This document shows, piece after piece, positions 60,549 to 64,000 of a stretch of 64,000 nt of DNA (position 1 is its first letter; each line of letters starts with the position of its first letter). A program made the position numbers and the translations under genes. The notes under the pieces were generated by a model. The model was not told the DNA's origin. It made no database searches and saw only the letters and a list, made by a program, of their open reading frames with translations. This DNA is from Phoronis australis (lineage: Eukaryota; Animalia; Phoronida): contig NMRA01000033.1 in NCBI GenBank assembly GCA_002633005.1, positions 684,233 through 748,232 of the forward strand, given 5' to 3'.

Positions 60549-61641
60549 CCACCACAGCACACCAAACCATCAACGGGTAGTGCAATACAACCAAGTTTGA
60601 TCAATACGAAGTATACTATCTCGAAACAGGTAATGAAACACATCCACATGTTTGATCATTTCGAACTATTCTATCTCGAAACTTCCTCATTACTCCAAAC
60701 TGTACAAGCTCAAAGGCCTGCCATCTATGGTAAAGAAGACCGCGCCATCAGGGATAGATGACAATGCCACACCCAAATGTCTGGAGCTCGTGATCGTGTT
60801 TCCATCGGAAGCGTGTGACCATCGGGCAGCGCCAGTATGGACTGAACTATCTCACAGCACACTGGAAATAGAAAGGTACACCACCGTGTGTTCACTCAGC
60901 TACACACAGACACACAAAAAACAAGTGTCATTTAGCGACCTAAAACATTGAAGTAAACAAGATTTTGACATCTGTTTAGAACCTATGCTAACACAATATT
61001 TGGCACCTTTTGATTTTTTCTGACGCGAGCCTCGTTTTTGTTTTTATGCTAATCTTTCAGTCATTATACCATCCACGAAAAATCTTTGTTCCTTACATTC
61101 AACTCTAGTCTTGGAATACCAACTCCCGCACGTGGCTTATCTATTTTATTACTAGAGCTTGCGACCCCCCAGACTAGCCGCAAGAGTTTGCTCTAAGAAT
61201 TTCCGGCTGAGTTTTGATCGAGAGTTTTAGTTATCAAATCAAGCATAATTTCATTGCTTCATTTTCATTTTGTTATTATTGTTCATCAAGTGAGACTTTT
61301 GAGGTACGGTGCCATACACGGCAACCAGCGATTTCTCGGCAAAAATAGTCAAAACCGACAATTACACTGGTAATTCTTTATAAGCACCCACCTGTGACAC
61401 TAGAGGGTAGCCGGGAGCAGTTTGGTCTCTGATACTTTTCATCTCCAGTCGTAGAACCGCTTTCGACAAACTATCATACTACATGCCAGGAGTTTTTCAA
61501 GAAGACATTTTGGGTGTTACAATCATGTTACAGTATTTTACGGAAAGAAGTTACATTTGGCCTGAGTGATAAGTTTAGGCTATAAAAAGAGAAGTGTCTA
61601 CGTAACTTTCGAAAAATTATTCATAATTGCTTAGCTAAATA

Positions 61642-61702
61642 TGTGTGTGCGTGCGTGTGCGTGTGTGTGTGCCCGAGCGTGCGTGAGTGCGTGCGTGCGT
61701 GT
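61642..61702. repeat. (GT)n/(GTGC)n microsatellite
   Basis: Direct reading. Confidence 0.9.
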
Positions 61703-63085
61703 ATCATGACTGTTTTCAATTGTTTCTATAATTCCTTTGTGCAATGTTTACCTGTTACCCAGATGTCGTTTTTTGTTAATTCGATTTCTGAAAAGTAGGA
61801 CTACTGTTATCTGTAGTATTTACTAATAACTGTGAAATAAAATTTTAAAAAATGAAAAGTTTAGCTTATAAAAGAACCCAGTCCAGTGCTTCATGTTGCT
61901 GACGGCACACAGTGCCCCGCTGTTGTCGGACTGCCCCGCTCTTTGATTTTTTCCGCCATCCCGCTACACCATCTAAATGTCCCGCTTTTGGCACACGGCG
62001 AAATGATATATTATAATATACTATTGTAATTTCCCACGCGGCATATCCATAATTTCCCGCTCGACGAAAAAGAAAAAAACGGGACGTTTTTGCGGCACCC
62101 GCAATTTCTCATTCAACTATGAAAACAAAAACCGCTGTCGGACATTTTTGGGTGATACATCTCCCGCTCGACAAAAACACTGTCAATACGTTTTTATGTG
62201 TTGCAGCGACCATTTCACCCTTACGTTTTGGCTTAAACCCAGACGTCCAGCTTTTTGTCTTGAAGTTCAGCTTTTCTATCCAGTTGTTCCATTTTTTGTT
62301 CTTGAATGTTGACCGTGACATCTATGCAATAGGTTTTCTAAATAACAATGTATCTTTTTATGAATATTGTTATTTTCCAGAGTTCACTTTCTTTAGAAAC
62401 ATAACAATCGCAAAAATGTATTCTAATGTCTCTTATTTATGGTAAACCACACTACATGTATCAGGACAACCTTTACTTTCTCAAGAAAAGAGTTCACTTC
62501 TTAACTTTTACGGGAAGTCCTACACTGCAATCAATGTGATGAGCTATCTACAGTACGTTTCAAAGCTACGTGATAGATGTTTGCCAATTTTTCATCTATC
62601 AGAAAACCCTTTTCTCCTAATTTCAGAAATATACAGGGAGTAGTTTATCGCATTTTTCGTAAATGTCACTGCATTCTGCATTAATTTTTATTCAAAAACG
62701 TTATTGTATCGAAGGGCACCAAAGGTCCAATTAATTACAATATGCAAAGATGTACAATTTGGGATCAGTGCCTGACTAAATTACCCACAGCAAGTGTAAT
62801 GGATCCATATTCTAAAACCTTAGTCTTTATAGGATAAAAATATTGTGAATCATTGAAACTATTTCCTTAATGGCTTAACTAGTCATTTATATGACCTCTT
62901 TGGTTCATTTCCGTTTTTATGGTTACTGCATTATACTTGTTGTTTTTCTCATTTTGGTAACACTCTCGGTTTTCAGAATTAAAAATATTTTTAAACCAGT
63001 CAGGTATACGAAATGATAATACAGTATGCATTAAATTTTTTCTTTTGTTTCCGGTATAACCATCAAGAACTGACAAAGGCCTTTC

Positions 63086-63544
63086 CAGAGGCGGATCTAC
63101 GGGNNNNNNNNNNNNNNNNNNNNNNNNNNNNNNNNNNNNNNNNNNNNNNNNNNNNNNNNNNNNNNNNNNNNNNNNNNNNNNNNNNNNNNNNNNNNNNNNN
63201 NNNNNNNNNNNNNNNNNNNNNNNNNNNNNNNNNNNNNNNNNNNNNNNNNNNNNNNNNNNNNNNNNNNNNNNNNNNNNNNNNNNNNNNNNNNNNNNNNNNN
63301 NNGGGGGGGGGGGGGGGGGGGGAGTGTTCAGGGAGCTCAACCCCCCTCGGGACAGGATAAAAAGTAAAAATTAAAAACAAAATGTGGCCAGAAAAACAAA
63401 ATCAGCTAGTAAAAACCAAAATAAAAAATCTTACACGGGAGGAGGAAAAACCCCCTCCCGACCTTCCCTCCGCTCGGCGCTACGCGCCTCGGATTCGCGC
63501 CAGTACTACCCCCCCCCCTTACTGAAAACGTAGATCTGCCACTG
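63086..63544 (-). mobile_element. Second copy of the same MITE, opposite orientation, 5-bp TSD (CTTTC), spans gap 63104-63302
   Basis: CTTTC|CAGAGGCGGATCTAC ... GTAGATCTGCCACTG|CTTTC. Confidence 0.8.
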
Positions 63545-64000
63545 CTTTCTAATGATATGCCTCTTATGCAATTCTGTTGAAAAACGGCGGAATTGGGAAA
63601 ATTGGGTTTAATGACTGTAAATTCCATTGATATCCACCTGAAGAAGCGAATGCTAACAACTCTTACGCATGCGCGGCGCAACCTAAGCAGCCTGAAGATC
63701 GGAGTTGGCATTCCAGGGCTCGAAATCTATGAGTGCTTTGACCCCACTCCTGATTGGGCCCTTTTTCTCATCGCCAAAGCTCAAATGGCTAAACGACCAG
63801 CGCCATCTTGAGGCGTGGAGACGAGGCCGTATTTAATGGTCATCCCTGTCAATAGGCAGCGCTAACGTGGCGCGGTAAAAGAACGAGGAAAGTCGTGTCT
63901 CATACTCGTAGTCTTCTAGCCTAATTTGTTTGTTTCCCCTGTATTTACCGTGAACCATACTAAATAGGTTCCACAAACAAAAATGCCATCCAAGTGGTAC

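Overview
Eukaryotic, intron-rich, AT-rich animal genomic DNA; an invertebrate, plausibly lophotrochozoan, is inferred from gene and repeat families only. It holds two convergent multi-exon genes, reconstructed by hand from GT-AG boundaries and reading-frame phase. (1) A + strand gene of 8 coding exons (3832-12194, 768 aa) with an ARM-repeat, TIR (TIR_2-type), SAM-like architecture. This is the SARM1 domain set in a different order, and it keeps the Glu at the TIR NADase catalytic position. (2) A - strand PTPN23/HD-PTP orthologue (20 coding exons found, 44987 down to 19112, about 2300 aa; exon 1 not located). It has Bro1, V, a very long repeat-rich Pro/Gln region and a strongly degenerate PTP domain. 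Introns and the 45-64 kb region are full of non-autonomous DNA transposons. These include Helentron/DINE-1-like elements whose ~145 bp internal repeats each carry a CTCF-like motif, a TA-flanked TIR element carrying a decayed HIRAN-like gene, piggyBac-, Kolobok-, MULE- and mariner-like MITEs, 5-bp-TSD MITEs, hAT and Academ-like transposase relics, tRNA-derived SINEs and a ~1.9 kb nested hairpin. There are two assembly gaps (49266-50040, 63104-63302). No database searches were possible; family names come from recognising motifs by eye.
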